This document shows positions 33,441-43,885 of a DNA stretch of 50,207 nucleotides, one piece after another. Under the pieces are notes generated by a model, which worked only from the letters and a program-made list of their open reading frames with translations, did no database searches and was not told the origin of the DNA. The translations under genes were made by a program, and so were the position numbers. Position 1 is the first letter of the stretch, and each line of letters starts with the position of its first letter. This stretch comes from a virus (taxonomy: Duplodnaviria; Caudoviricetes): IMG/VR virus record IMGVR_UViG_3300005253_000377, positions 1 to 50,207 of that record; one strand, 5' to 3'.

Positions 33441-35351
33441 ATGCCAAAGGGATTCGTACAAAAACCTGAACTGTCAACACCTTTTCCAGACTTTCCAGAG
33501 TTTTGGCATTGCCCGAAGACTGGGCTGATAGTTCCTAAACGGGATGCTGCTAATAGACAATATCGTGAAAATATTTTGAGAGAAGCTGAAGATAACCTGG
33601 TGATGCAAAAAGATTTATTAGCAGCTTGTAAAGAAAGTTTTCTTTATTGGCTCAATACTTTTGCTTGGACATACCACCAGGAAGATATTTGTCCAATAAC
33701 ACACAGAAAGAAACCATCAGAAATTGCTGATCATCCATTTATTTCGTGGCCGGTACAAGACAGGGTTGCTGATGAGTTAGAAACAATATTTACTAATGGT
33801 GGTGATCTTTTGTGTAAAAAATCACGAGAAATGGGGGCAAGTTGGGAATTTCTTGATTTTTTACATTGGTTGTGGCTGTTTAGAGAGAAAACAGAAATAC
33901 GTGAAATGTCACATAAGGAAGGATTAGTAGACGGTGTTTCAGATTCATTATTTTGGAAGCATGATTATACTAATGCTTGGTTGCCTTTATGGATGCGACC
34001 GCCTGGTGTATTAATACGTGGGCGTGAAAACAGAACAAAATTACGTATCTATAATGAGTTGAACAGTAGTACAATCGCTGGTGAATCAACTACAGCAGTA
34101 TCATTAAGCGGTGGACGGTGTGCTATATTGTTGCTTGATGAATTTTCAAAATGTGAAAATGGTCAACAGATAAGATCTGCTACACGTGATGTTGCGGCTT
34201 GTAGAATAATTAATAGTACGCCATTCGGGGCTGGTACGGAATACACGCGATGGAAAAACAGCGGTCAAATTAAAGTTATTGAAATGATGTATTGGGACCA
34301 TCCTGAGAAGGGTGCAGGACGTTATATTAGGAAGGATGATCTTGGAAGGTTCCACATAAGGTCGCCCTGGTTCGACATCGAAGACGCTGCCAGATCTCCA
34401 CAAGAAGTAGCCCAGGAGATTCTCGCCGAGGATATTGAATCGGGTGACACTGTGTTCACGATCACGAATATAGAGAAACACATGCAAGCGAATGTGCGTG
34501 AACCTAAAGTTAAGTTCAACGTAATCTTAAAACGCGACATACCAAACGCTAAAGTGATGACATTCATACAGCGACGTAGTATCGACGCTGTAGATATTAG
34601 AAAGGCACGCGATGGAAAACTCTTGTGGTACGGATCTCTTGTCTTCGGAAGACCAGACCAATCTAAACAATATATCTTTGGGATTGATACAAGTAAAGGA
34701 CAGGGTGCTTCAGAATCAGTTATCTCAATCAAATGTAAAGAAACTGGTAGAAAAATTGGAAGGTGGTCTGGTGCTAATAGTCCCCCTTACGAGTTCGCTC
34801 GGATTGTTATTGCTGCTGCACTTTGGTGTGGAGGAGCTAATCCGCGACGGTTACCTTTTCTTAAATGGGAAGAAAATGGACCAGGATGGGATCTCGGACG
34901 GCTCATTGTAAAAGAGTTTCATTATCCTTATTATTACACACCAGAGAAACCCGGTATGATAGGAAGCGGGATCCCTAAGAAGCAGCGGAAGTATGGCTGG
35001 CACAATAGCAGACAAACGAAGATGGAGCTTCTGGATTTGTATAATCGTAAACTTGCTCATGGTGGTTATGTGAATCCAGATAAGAAGTCATTAGAGCAAT
35101 GTAAGTTGTATATTCATTATCCTGGCGGTGGGCTTGGCCCGGCTGAGATGGTGTTTGAGTCTGCATCGGCACGATTGTTACATGGTGACATCGTGATGGC
35201 CGACGCTCTGACACTTGAGGACGACCGGATACCACAGGTGAGACATAAAGGGTTGCTCGCACCGAAGGGATCATTTGCATGGCGTAAAGATCAAGTGATC
35301 AAGAAGAAAAAGAAAACAAAAACTTGGCGTAAACAGTTCTCGTTTGTATAA
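33441..35351 (+). CDS. terL: Terminase large subunit
   Basis: KSREMGASW Walker A variant, LLLDEFS Walker B, INSTP, nuclease GIDTSKGQG and HGDIVMA. Confidence 0.9.
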   Translation: MPKGFVQKPELSTPFPDFPEFWHCPKTGLIVPKRDAANRQYRENILREAEDNLVMQKDLLAACKESFLYWLNTFAWTYHQEDICPITHRKKPSEIADHPFISWPVQDRVADELETIFTNGGDLLCKKSREMGASWEFLDFLHWLWLFREKTEIREMSHKEGLVDGVSDSLFWKHDYTNAWLPLWMRPPGVLIRGRENRTKLRIYNELNSSTIAGESTTAVSLSGGRCAILLLDEFSKCENGQQIRSATRDVAACRIINSTPFGAGTEYTRWKNSGQIKVIEMMYWDHPEKGAGRYIRKDDLGRFHIRSPWFDIEDAARSPQEVAQEILAEDIESGDTVFTITNIEKHMQANVREPKVKFNVILKRDIPNAKVMTFIQRRSIDAVDIRKARDGKLLWYGSLVFGRPDQSKQYIFGIDTSKGQGASESVISIKCKETGRKIGRWSGANSPPYEFARIVIAAALWCGGANPRRLPFLKWEENGPGWDLGRLIVKEFHYPYYYTPEKPGMIGSGIPKKQRKYGWHNSRQTKMELLDLYNRKLAHGGYVNPDKKSLEQCKLYIHYPGGGLGPAEMVFESASARLLHGDIVMADALTLEDDRIPQVRHKGLLAPKGSFAWRKDQVIKKKKKTKTWRKQFSFV

Positions 35352-35361
35352 GGAATAGAAG

Positions 35362-37167
35362 ATGCACATAAATATAGATCCAAAACGTTTGCAACAAGCC
35401 GCCAAAGATGGATTTGATCGGGTTAGAATATATCGTAAAGCACGAGCGATGTTCATTAAGGAGTTTACTGGCCAGTATTTCAGGAACACACACGGATTGA
35501 CCGGCGATACTCCTATTAATCTACTCTTCACGACGATTAGAGCTTATATCCCTAATCTCGTGATGAAGACTGGGATTAATAAAGTCACGACTGAGATTAT
35601 GGATCATAAGTTTACGGCTGAACTTCTGGGATATGGACTCGATGCTTTGCATAAAGACATCAAGTTGAAAGATAAACTACGTGCCTGGATTGTGGACGCG
35701 ATCTTCGGGATAGGGATCATGGAAACATCTTTAGGTATATCTGATAATCTCATTGGTATAGGTGATGTTGATATGGACCCCGGAGAGATATACTCACAGG
35801 TTATAGATCTTGATGACTTTACATTCGACCCTGCTTGTACTGATCTCAAGCGAGCGTTCTTCTTGGGCCACATAGTGCGTTGCCCCAGAGCAGAACTCCA
35901 TGCGATTGAAGATCTTGATACTGAACTTATAAATAGATTACCTAAAGCATTACTCGAAGGAAAGAAACGAGACGAGAAACAAGTAGAAAATATCAGTCAG
36001 AATACCACGAAGCAACTGGATATGCAGGATATTGAAGACTATGTGGAAATTGTTAAACTATGGATACCGAGTGCTAATGCTATAGTTTATATACCTGATC
36101 CACGCAGACTTACTTTTGATAAATTTATTGGTGTTAAAGAATTTTATGGTCCAAGTACAGGGCCATATAATTTCTTAGCACTAACGCCACCTGTGCCGAA
36201 CAATCCGTTGCCTGTAGCTCCAGTTGGAATCTGGTATGATTTGCATAATATGACGAACCGAGTGTTCAAGAAACTTATGGACCAGGTTGATAATCAGAAG
36301 GATATTATCTTCTATCGTCCTGAACTCGGTGACGTGATGCAGGATGTAATTGACGCTGGTAATCTGGATACTATCGCCTGTTCTGATCCTGAAGGTATTA
36401 AGATGCAATCGTTTGCTGGTCAGAATCAGATGAATGTAGAGATGGCTGATAGATTGCAGGGGTGGTATAATTATATAGCTGGTAATCCAGAACAGATTGC
36501 GGGAGTACAACAGAGATCAAAGACAGCTACACAGGCACAGATCATGCAAGCTAATTCAAGCATAACTTTGAACGACATGCGTGACATTATTTATGATAGA
36601 ACTGCTGAGATTAGTCAGATACATTGTTGGTATTTGTGGACTGATCCGATGATTAAAGTGCCGAAGTCGAAGCGTGAGTCAGGTGACAAGGAAGTACAGT
36701 TGTGGCTTACTCCTGAGCAGATGCAGGGTGACTTCCTTGAGTTTACATTCAAGATTCAGCAGCGATCTATGTCACGGTTGGACCCGCAGACTCGATCTAA
36801 TCGGATTGTGCAGTTTGCTGTGAATATAATACCCGGCAGCGTGATGGCAGCGATGCAGATGGGCCAGATGGGTATGCAGTTTAACTTACAGAAATATTTA
36901 ACTAATCTTGCAGAAGAACTTGATGTTGGTGATTTTATGATGGATGTGTTTTATGATCCTGAACACGAACAGAAGATGGCAACGATAGCACAGATGGGGC
37001 CACAGGATCCTGGTAAGGCTGGTGGTGGACTGACACCAGGTGGTGTGATGCAACAGGGTGGCTCACCTATTAAACAGAGTGCACCAACACAGAAACAAGA
37101 GTTTAATCAGAATGTTCAGGCTGGTGCGAATGAGGCACAGCAGGCGAGAACTTCGGGGGGGTATTGA
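35362..37167 (+). CDS. Portal protein
   Basis: 601 aa directly after terL, DDFTFDP, TATQAQI, Gln/Gly-rich tail typical of podovirus portals. Confidence 0.8.
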   Translation: MHINIDPKRLQQAAKDGFDRVRIYRKARAMFIKEFTGQYFRNTHGLTGDTPINLLFTTIRAYIPNLVMKTGINKVTTEIMDHKFTAELLGYGLDALHKDIKLKDKLRAWIVDAIFGIGIMETSLGISDNLIGIGDVDMDPGEIYSQVIDLDDFTFDPACTDLKRAFFLGHIVRCPRAELHAIEDLDTELINRLPKALLEGKKRDEKQVENISQNTTKQLDMQDIEDYVEIVKLWIPSANAIVYIPDPRRLTFDKFIGVKEFYGPSTGPYNFLALTPPVPNNPLPVAPVGIWYDLHNMTNRVFKKLMDQVDNQKDIIFYRPELGDVMQDVIDAGNLDTIACSDPEGIKMQSFAGQNQMNVEMADRLQGWYNYIAGNPEQIAGVQQRSKTATQAQIMQANSSITLNDMRDIIYDRTAEISQIHCWYLWTDPMIKVPKSKRESGDKEVQLWLTPEQMQGDFLEFTFKIQQRSMSRLDPQTRSNRIVQFAVNIIPGSVMAAMQMGQMGMQFNLQKYLTNLAEELDVGDFMMDVFYDPEHEQKMATIAQMGPQDPGKAGGGLTPGGVMQQGGSPIKQSAPTQKQEFNQNVQAGANEAQQARTSGGY

Positions 37168-37532
37168 TGGAACTCAGGCATGATTGGACGTTTATATGTT
37201 CAGAAGGCTGTGGTCGAGTAATCGAAAAGGATGAGGATCCTTATGATGGTAATTATAGCACTTACTGTTGTGGTGAAGATATGCAACGAGTGTATCCAAA
37301 TCACAAACAGTTTCATATAGTTGGTGCTGCATACATACGAACAAAATATTCTGATTCGTTGGCTGTGAGCATGAGTCAGATTGCAGAACATAGGGAGAAA
37401 TTTCCAGGTGTTAAAATAGATAGCCAGGGTAGACCTGGGTTTGATACTGTGAGACAACAAGATAAATATCTGGAAGCAAGCGGGATGATTAAGCACCCGC
37501 AGAAAATAAGAAAGTTGAAGCAGCTAACCTAA
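37167..37532 (+). CDS. Small zinc-ribbon (FmdB-like) protein
   Basis: FICSEGCG...CCGEDMQRV, lies between portal and scaffold. Confidence 0.55.
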   Translation: MELRHDWTFICSEGCGRVIEKDEDPYDGNYSTYCCGEDMQRVYPNHKQFHIVGAAYIRTKYSDSLAVSMSQIAEHREKFPGVKIDSQGRPGFDTVRQQDKYLEASGMIKHPQKIRKLKQLT

Positions 37533-37606
37533 AAATTAACCTAACCTTCTGTGTTAACCTGCTTGTTGCTGGTTAACCTGGAAGCAGCTTAGTTGAGAGG
37601 ATAGAA

Positions 37607-38758
37607 ATGACTACAGACGCAGGCAAAAAGCAATTAGACGCTGATCAAGATTTCGATATAACTGACGAAATGGAAGCCAAAATGCAAGCACGTTTGGATG
37701 GTGTAATTAAGCCAGACGATGCTGATCTCGAGGGCGTTCCTCGCCTTGAGAAAAAAAATGATAGCAAGGATGATAGCAAGGATGATGAAAAAAATGATAG
37801 CAAGGATGATGAAAAAAATGATAGCAAGGATGATGAAAAAAACGATAGCAAGGATGATGAAAAAAACGATAGCAAGGATGATGAAAAAAACGATAGCAAG
37901 GATGATGAGGATGACGAGAAAGTAGAATACGTACTTCCTGAAAACTATTTTCAGGCGATGCGACACGTAGGGTGGGAACCTGAAAGGATTAAGGAAAAAT
38001 TTGAAGAAGATCCAGAACAAGCCTTAAAGGATTTCAAGTTTTACCATGATTCTCAGAACTACATCACGCAGCAGACTTCTGATCTCGGACGCACGCAAAA
38101 GGCGGCAACTGAGCGAGCTACTGAAGAGGCTGTCAAGAAAGAAGAGAAGCCTGAGTTTAAGGGTGTGGATTTGAAGGCTGTTGAAGATGAGTTTGGTGAA
38201 GATAACCCTGCTGCTGTGGCGATAATTAAGGCGATGAATGAAAACAATAAAGTGTTATATGATGAAGTTCAATCGCTTAAAGAGGTTCGCCAACAGCAAC
38301 AGGGACCGTCTGATGAGCAGAAGGTAATTTGGAATACTATCGTTACTCATTTTGATAGTGATAGTATGAAGGGTTTCGGCGAGTTTTATGGTAAGACTGA
38401 ATCTGGTAAAAATTGGGATCAATCCTTAACAGGTGCTCAGTTACAGGCACGTATGAATGTAATACATGAAGCTGATGCGTATCATGCTGGTATGAAGCTT
38501 CAGGGAAAAGACGTAGAATTTTCTGGGGCACTTAATCGTGCTCATTTAGTTATAAGTGCTCCTATACAGGAAACTATTCTACGTGAACAACTTCATGGGA
38601 AGATTAGGAAACGCAGTAAAGGAATTACTGTGAAGAGTTCGGGCAGGAAGGCCGTAGATGATACTTCTTCTAAGAAGAAAGATACTTCTGAAAAAGGATT
38701 TATAGAAAAAACAAAACAGCGTATAAAAAAGATTACTGGTAGAACGCCAGAATCTTAA
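37607..38758 (+). CDS. Capsid scaffolding protein
   Basis: Acidic, low-complexity N-terminus and basic C-terminus, directly upstream of the capsid gene. Confidence 0.7.
   Translation: MTTDAGKKQLDADQDFDITDEMEAKMQARLDGVIKPDDADLEGVPRLEKKNDSKDDSKDDEKNDSKDDEKNDSKDDEKNDSKDDEKNDSKDDEKNDSKDDEDDEKVEYVLPENYFQAMRHVGWEPERIKEKFEEDPEQALKDFKFYHDSQNYITQQTSDLGRTQKAATERATEEAVKKEEKPEFKGVDLKAVEDEFGEDNPAAVAIIKAMNENNKVLYDEVQSLKEVRQQQQGPSDEQKVIWNTIVTHFDSDSMKGFGEFYGKTESGKNWDQSLTGAQLQARMNVIHEADAYHAGMKLQGKDVEFSGALNRAHLVISAPIQETILREQLHGKIRKRSKGITVKSSGRKAVDDTSSKKKDTSEKGFIEKTKQRIKKITGRTPES
37757..37909 (+). repeat. 24-nt tandem repeat encoding (DDEKNDSK)x5
   Basis: GATGATGAAAAAAAYGATAGCAAG, five full copies plus partial flanks. 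Confidence 0.95.
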
Positions 38759-38785
38759 ACAAAAAGAAGAAAGGGGTAGTAAATT

Positions 38786-39892
38786 ATGGCTATAAAAAAT
38801 TCACAAGCTGCTGATCTTATTATGCTGACCTTGAATGATTTACCAAAGCAATACTTTGAGGTCACTTGGGATAGCCAGGATTATGAAGCCTGTCGTATCT
38901 ATCAGCAGGATAGAATGGTTATAGACGGCGGTGAGCAGATTCAGCGTCATGTTATGTTGAATGATACTGGTAACGCAAGGTATCGCCGGATGTATGATAT
39001 TGATCAACCTAATGTACAAGATGTGATGCACAAGATTCTTGTACCCTGGTGTCAGTTGAGTACACATTATTCATGGGACAAGGTTGAGATCGCCCGCCAG
39101 ATGAACTCGGCGAAGGGTTTCATCAGTTTGATGAAGGAACGAAGGATTGACGGTCTGTGGTCGTTAGCGAAACTGATCGAAGACAGATTCTGGAAGACTC
39201 CCGCGAGTGCGACTGATGATCTGTATCCGTATGGTGTTCCTTATTACATCCGCTGGATGAATCAAGATAGTACAACTGATGGTTTTGTTGGTCAGACTAT
39301 TCGTTATCAGGATGGTAATGCTGGTACAACTTGTGCTAACATTGATTCGAGTGCTGAAGCCAGATGGCGTAATTATGCAGCCCTCTATACAACTATAGAT
39401 AATGCTATGCTGCGTAAATTCAGACTTGCGTTTTTGTATACGAACTTCAAAGCACCGCTGATCGTTAATGATCCTTCAAAACCTGTGAACGGTGCGAAGC
39501 GTATATATACCACTTTTGATAATGTAGTAGATCTTCAAGATCTGGCTGATGCTAAAGATGATAAGCATACTGGCAAGGAAGTCCTGGGTAATCTTCGGAT
39601 GGATGATACTGGTTTAGTGTATGTTAATCGTCTGCCTGTTGTGCCGATTGCGAAGTTGAACTCAGAGACTGATCCTCAGACTGGCGATGATCCTGAGTCG
39701 ATCTATTGTATTGACTTCACGAAGTTCATCCCGTTTGTTCATGAGGGTTATTGGATGGAAGAGGGCGAACCGATTCCTGGTGGCGTTACTCAGCATACAA
39801 CTTGGACAGTGTTCCTTGATGGTCAGCATCAGAATTTATGTACTAATGTTCGTCAGGCTGGTTTTGTTATGCACAAAGCACTTACGAGTTAA
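38786..39892 (+). CDS. Major capsid protein
   Basis: 368 aa after the scaffold, strong RBS, DGGEQI, WRN and C-terminal QNLCTNVRQAG pattern seen in podovirus-like coat proteins. Confidence 0.75.
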   Translation: MAIKNSQAADLIMLTLNDLPKQYFEVTWDSQDYEACRIYQQDRMVIDGGEQIQRHVMLNDTGNARYRRMYDIDQPNVQDVMHKILVPWCQLSTHYSWDKVEIARQMNSAKGFISLMKERRIDGLWSLAKLIEDRFWKTPASATDDLYPYGVPYYIRWMNQDSTTDGFVGQTIRYQDGNAGTTCANIDSSAEARWRNYAALYTTIDNAMLRKFRLAFLYTNFKAPLIVNDPSKPVNGAKRIYTTFDNVVDLQDLADAKDDKHTGKEVLGNLRMDDTGLVYVNRLPVVPIAKLNSETDPQTGDDPESIYCIDFTKFIPFVHEGYWMEEGEPIPGGVTQHTTWTVFLDGQHQNLCTNVRQAGFVMHKALTS

Positions 39893-39955
39893 GAGAGAAT
39901 ATTAATAATATAGAGATCGTAAACAACGTAGAACAAATATTGAAAGGAAAATATT

Positions 39956-40792
39956 ATGAATCCAGTAAGATTTGGAAGTACAAATGATGTTGTGGCACGT
40001 ATGCCAAGCCCGAAGATCTGGGCTGATTGTCCGGTTCTACAGTTTCAAGCTGATCCGGCAAAAGGTTTTTATGCGTTTGATGATTTTAAGAACTCTGCAA
40101 AAGAGAAGGTGCTGACATCACAATTATTAGCTATTAGTGGTGATATGAATTGGTATGGTTATACTGATGGTGATATAACAGACCTTATTCTTACCGCTGA
40201 TGATATTGGTGCTTTGAAGATTGATCAGGATGGAACTAATGATGATATTGTTGGTATTGTTACTGGTGACAATCTGACTGGTGTTATTAGGAGCCCGCTG
40301 AAAGGTGAATTGAAAAAGTTTTGGTTTGAAACCAGATTTCAGGTTAGCACAGTCACCAATACTGACTTGAGCTTCTTCATTGGTTTGATGGAACCTGGTA
40401 AATTAGCTAATGGTTCACCGCTTGGTTCTGCACCTACCGCACCAACCAGTTTTGATTATTTTGGTTTCTTTGTAGCTGAGGCTGATGGTAACGATTTAAC
40501 TATCGTTTATGAAGAGCCAGGTTCAGGATCGCCGGTAAGTGATACAGGTGAGATTACACTTACTGCTGGCAGTTATGTTCGTGTTGGTTTCAGACTTGAT
40601 GTTAGTGAAGATAAACTCCGTGTTTATAAGGATGGTGTTGATCTTGGTGATAGTGTAGCTATTGATATTAGTTCAGTTAATTTCCCAAGTAATACTAATA
40701 TGGATGTTTATATCGTTTTAACATCTGGTAATTTAGGTGAAGATGGCGATCATCTGTTAGTTGACTGGGTAAGAGTAGCACAGGAGTATTGA
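39956..40792 (+). CDS. Virion decoration protein, lectin/LamG-like beta-sandwich
   Basis: FDDF...WFETRF...VDWVRVAQ, paralogous to 42782..43819. Confidence 0.55.
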   Translation: MNPVRFGSTNDVVARMPSPKIWADCPVLQFQADPAKGFYAFDDFKNSAKEKVLTSQLLAISGDMNWYGYTDGDITDLILTADDIGALKIDQDGTNDDIVGIVTGDNLTGVIRSPLKGELKKFWFETRFQVSTVTNTDLSFFIGLMEPGKLANGSPLGSAPTAPTSFDYFGFFVAEADGNDLTIVYEEPGSGSPVSDTGEITLTAGSYVRVGFRLDVSEDKLRVYKDGVDLGDSVAIDISSVNFPSNTNMDVYIVLTSGNLGEDGDHLLVDWVRVAQEY

Positions 40793-40803
40793 TTCGTTTA
40801 ACA

Positions 40804-40832
40804 GGGGCCGGGATTGGCTCGGCCCCATTTTT
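40804..40832 (+). terminator. Rho-independent terminator
   Basis: GGGGCCGGG-attgg-CTCGGCCCC followed by ATTTTT. Confidence 0.75.
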
Positions 40833-40856
40833 GAAACCCATACTATAGAAAGGTAA

Positions 40857-41207
40857 ATGATGAAGATCAATCTAAATCAAGTATTGGTAGACTTAGCAGG
40901 AGACTCTCTTAAAGATAATATAGCTAAGAGGGACGAGGACGGAGTAGTGAAGGACGAGAGTGGTAAACCAGTGTTAGAACTGGTGGACGTAACGTTGAAT
41001 AGACTCGCCGCTAATGCTTTGCTTCATCCTGCTAAGGATGACAAAGGCGAGGACAAGGCCAGAAAATATCTCTTGGCTGTGAAGTGCTACGCCGCTGATG
41101 AGATTGATCTGACTCCAGAGGAAATTGTTGAAATTAAGGCATGTATCTCTGTAACTTACCCGCCGATAGTTGTGGGTCAAGCGTGGAAGATTTTGGATGG
41201 GAGTTAA
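40857..41207 (+). CDS. Hypothetical phage protein
   Basis: 116 aa, GAAAGG RBS. Confidence 0.65.
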   Translation: MMKINLNQVLVDLAGDSLKDNIAKRDEDGVVKDESGKPVLELVDVTLNRLAANALLHPAKDDKGEDKARKYLLAVKCYAADEIDLTPEEIVEIKACISVTYPPIVVGQAWKILDGS

Positions 41208-41209
41208 CA

Positions 41210-42727
41210 ATGAGCGAACCAACAAGTATACTGACGTTCTATGATCTAATCCTACGAACAGCCGAACTTGCTGCTGTAGCATACTTCGGAAGTGATGCTC
41301 AACAACGGGCTATGATTCCTATTGATGATGTAAATACTTTTGATAAATGTAAACGAATAGTGAATGATGGGATTCGTATGTTCATTGCTGGTGCTCCTAA
41401 ATACGGCTGGTTGTGGAAGAACAGGATACAGTCAGTGACATTTGGTTCAGTAGAAACGACAGGTGAGTGTGATAGTGCTGGTGATTCTACATCATTAATA
41501 GATACCGAACTTCAAAATGTTTATGATACTGATGACGAGATTAATGGTTACTATGTGTATGACCTTACTCAAAATATCTATGCCGTGATAACCGCTTATA
41601 GTGCAGGAACAGATGCCGTTCCTGTTGGAGATATAACTGTAGCTGCATGGTTGAATTATGATGATGCTTCAAGCAGCCTAACACCGGCTGATGGAGATAG
41701 TTATGCAATAACTGATGTCAAGACAGTAGCGGGTGACAAAGCCCGTTACTGGCTTGATCAAGATTTTGGGCGTGTAGCTGGTAAGATCACGTGGGCCAGT
41801 AATTCTAATCGTGGACATACCCTACAGTGGGGCCACGAAGCTGAAATCCGGGCCAGGCGTGAAGTGACAGTGAGCACAGGTTATCCGAATATTGCTGCTG
41901 TGCGTAGGTATCGTAACCAAAGACGATGGGAACTTATAGTTGATCCATCACCTATTGCGGCTGATACTATCGTGTTTCCATACGAACTTGGGTTTGATGA
42001 ACTGCGTATGGAAGGCGGTATTAGTAATTATGGTGGAACGACCTATCTTGTAGATGATGATCGCTGGGAACCATCAAATTATTTTAATGGATGGACAATC
42101 ACTCTGTTAGATGGAACAGGCAGGGGTAGTTATGCTACGGTGACTGATTATGATAGCACAGAAGGATCTATTACAGCGTTTGCTGACGGCACTGATACTG
42201 GTGTTACTACTAAAGTAACATCAACTCATGCTTTATCAAATGGCGATGTAGTAACAATTAGTGGGACAACCAGTTATGATGGAACTTTTGTTATTTCGGG
42301 CGTTATTTCAACAACTTCTTTCGAAATTACTAATGCCTATGTAGCTGATGACGCGACAGGAACCTGGAAGCAACGGCAGATTGAAGTTGCTGATTGGTTG
42401 AAGTCAAATGGCTCTGCTGCTGGTATTAATCCAGGTACTTCTACTGCATACATGATTGAACCTGCTTATAACAAACATCCGGCAGGACTGTTGTTTGATG
42501 ATGCGATCTTGTCTGCGTGTAAAGCTCAGGTCGAGATGCAGTATGAAGATGTGCAGGGTGGGTATGTTCAGAAGTTTTATGATAAGGATCTGCCCGATGC
42601 GTGGACGGCTGATGGACGTACAGCACCCAGGAAGTTAGGTAAATTGACGCGTGGTGGGGTGCGTTATGCTGTAGACCGATTGAATGTTAGTTATTACAAT
42701 ATTGATGGTGATTTAGTAGAAGCTTAA
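41210..42727 (+). CDS. Head-tail adaptor (tail tubular A-like) with inserted beta domains
   Basis: Helical N- and C-termini (IVNDGIRMF...WLW, DAILSACKAQ) flanking repeated beta modules and an E1-FCCH-like HALSNGDVVTISG segment. Confidence 0.55.
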   Translation: MSEPTSILTFYDLILRTAELAAVAYFGSDAQQRAMIPIDDVNTFDKCKRIVNDGIRMFIAGAPKYGWLWKNRIQSVTFGSVETTGECDSAGDSTSLIDTELQNVYDTDDEINGYYVYDLTQNIYAVITAYSAGTDAVPVGDITVAAWLNYDDASSSLTPADGDSYAITDVKTVAGDKARYWLDQDFGRVAGKITWASNSNRGHTLQWGHEAEIRARREVTVSTGYPNIAAVRRYRNQRRWELIVDPSPIAADTIVFPYELGFDELRMEGGISNYGGTTYLVDDDRWEPSNYFNGWTITLLDGTGRGSYATVTDYDSTEGSITAFADGTDTGVTTKVTSTHALSNGDVVTISGTTSYDGTFVISGVISTTSFEITNAYVADDATGTWKQRQIEVADWLKSNGSAAGINPGTSTAYMIEPAYNKHPAGLLFDDAILSACKAQVEMQYEDVQGGYVQKFYDKDLPDAWTADGRTAPRKLGKLTRGGVRYAVDRLNVSYYNIDGDLVEA

Positions 42728-42781
42728 ATTGGAGTGACTCCCGAAACCCGGAGAGTTGCTGATCCAGAAAGGGGTAGCAAA

Positions 42782-43819
42782 ATGACGATTAATTATGCAA
42801 CATTGCAAAATACAGTGTTCCCGGCAAGTACATCTGTGCCGCAGACACTAAGAAAAAATGTTGATGGAATTTTAGAAGCCTATGGTACACAGATACCTAT
42901 TGACGGTGCGGCTGGTTATCTACCTGGTTGTACATTTATCAAGACGGATGGTAGTGGTGACAATGTGTTTTATACAAATGAAGGCACTTCAATATCGGCT
43001 GACTTTAATTCTGTTAAGAACGTGCCTGATGCTTATGGTACAGCCAGTGGTCGTCTGCCAAGTCCTGTAATCTGGGCTGATTGTCCTGTGCTTGATTTAA
43101 TGTTGAACGCTGTAGATGGCTTCTTCGCTCATGAAGATTTTATCCTCGGTCCGAATGCGGGAGCAAATACTGCTGTATCAGTTCAGGGTCAAATGACCGT
43201 TTACACTGATGCTAATACTGCAATAATGAAACTTCTTACTGATGAACCAGTCGGTGCTTTGAAAATGTATCCTGGAACAACTGATAATGAAGATGCCGCG
43301 ATAGGTTTTGGTGGTGCTACAGGTGCTGGTTATTTATTTTCGCAGACCAATGCCAAAGCTTTTTGGTTAGAAGCAAGACTTAAAAAGTCAGCTACAACGG
43401 CAACTAAACTGAATTGGTTCTTCGGTATGATTGAGGAAGCCTGTTATGTTGCAACTGGTGTTATTAACGATAGTGATGATATGGCCACGAAAGATCTCGT
43501 AGGGTTTTTCCAGGTACAAGCTGACACTACTACAGTCGATACTATTATTGATACTGCTACTGCAACAATCACACAGGTCAAAGATGCTGCTGTAACAATA
43601 GCCGCAGACGTGTATACGAAACTTGGCATGAAGTTTGATCCTACTACATTAACTTTAACATTTTATCAGGATGGTGTGCCCCTGGCAGATACTGTTTTGG
43701 CAAGTGACTCTAACTTCCCAGATGGTCAGGAAATGTCTCCGATCATAGCTGTTTGTAGTGCAGATGGTACGCCAACCTTTTTAGTAGTAGATTGGATTCG
43801 TGCAGCTTGGTTAAATTAA
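42782..43819 (+). CDS. Virion decoration protein (two-module)
   Basis: C-terminal module paralogous to 39956, N-terminal module paralogous to 43886. Confidence 0.55.
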   Translation: MTINYATLQNTVFPASTSVPQTLRKNVDGILEAYGTQIPIDGAAGYLPGCTFIKTDGSGDNVFYTNEGTSISADFNSVKNVPDAYGTASGRLPSPVIWADCPVLDLMLNAVDGFFAHEDFILGPNAGANTAVSVQGQMTVYTDANTAIMKLLTDEPVGALKMYPGTTDNEDAAIGFGGATGAGYLFSQTNAKAFWLEARLKKSATTATKLNWFFGMIEEACYVATGVINDSDDMATKDLVGFFQVQADTTTVDTIIDTATATITQVKDAAVTIAADVYTKLGMKFDPTTLTLTFYQDGVPLADTVLASDSNFPDGQEMSPIIAVCSADGTPTFLVVDWIRAAWLN

Positions 43820-43885
43820 ACCCTTAAATAGAAGAAAGAGTATGCAGGTCTTCTCCCTGCTAAATAAAAATTAAAGGAGAGAATT

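Noticed and set aside
37757-37909. CRISPR array
   Set aside because: Repeats are contiguous with no spacers and are in-frame coding
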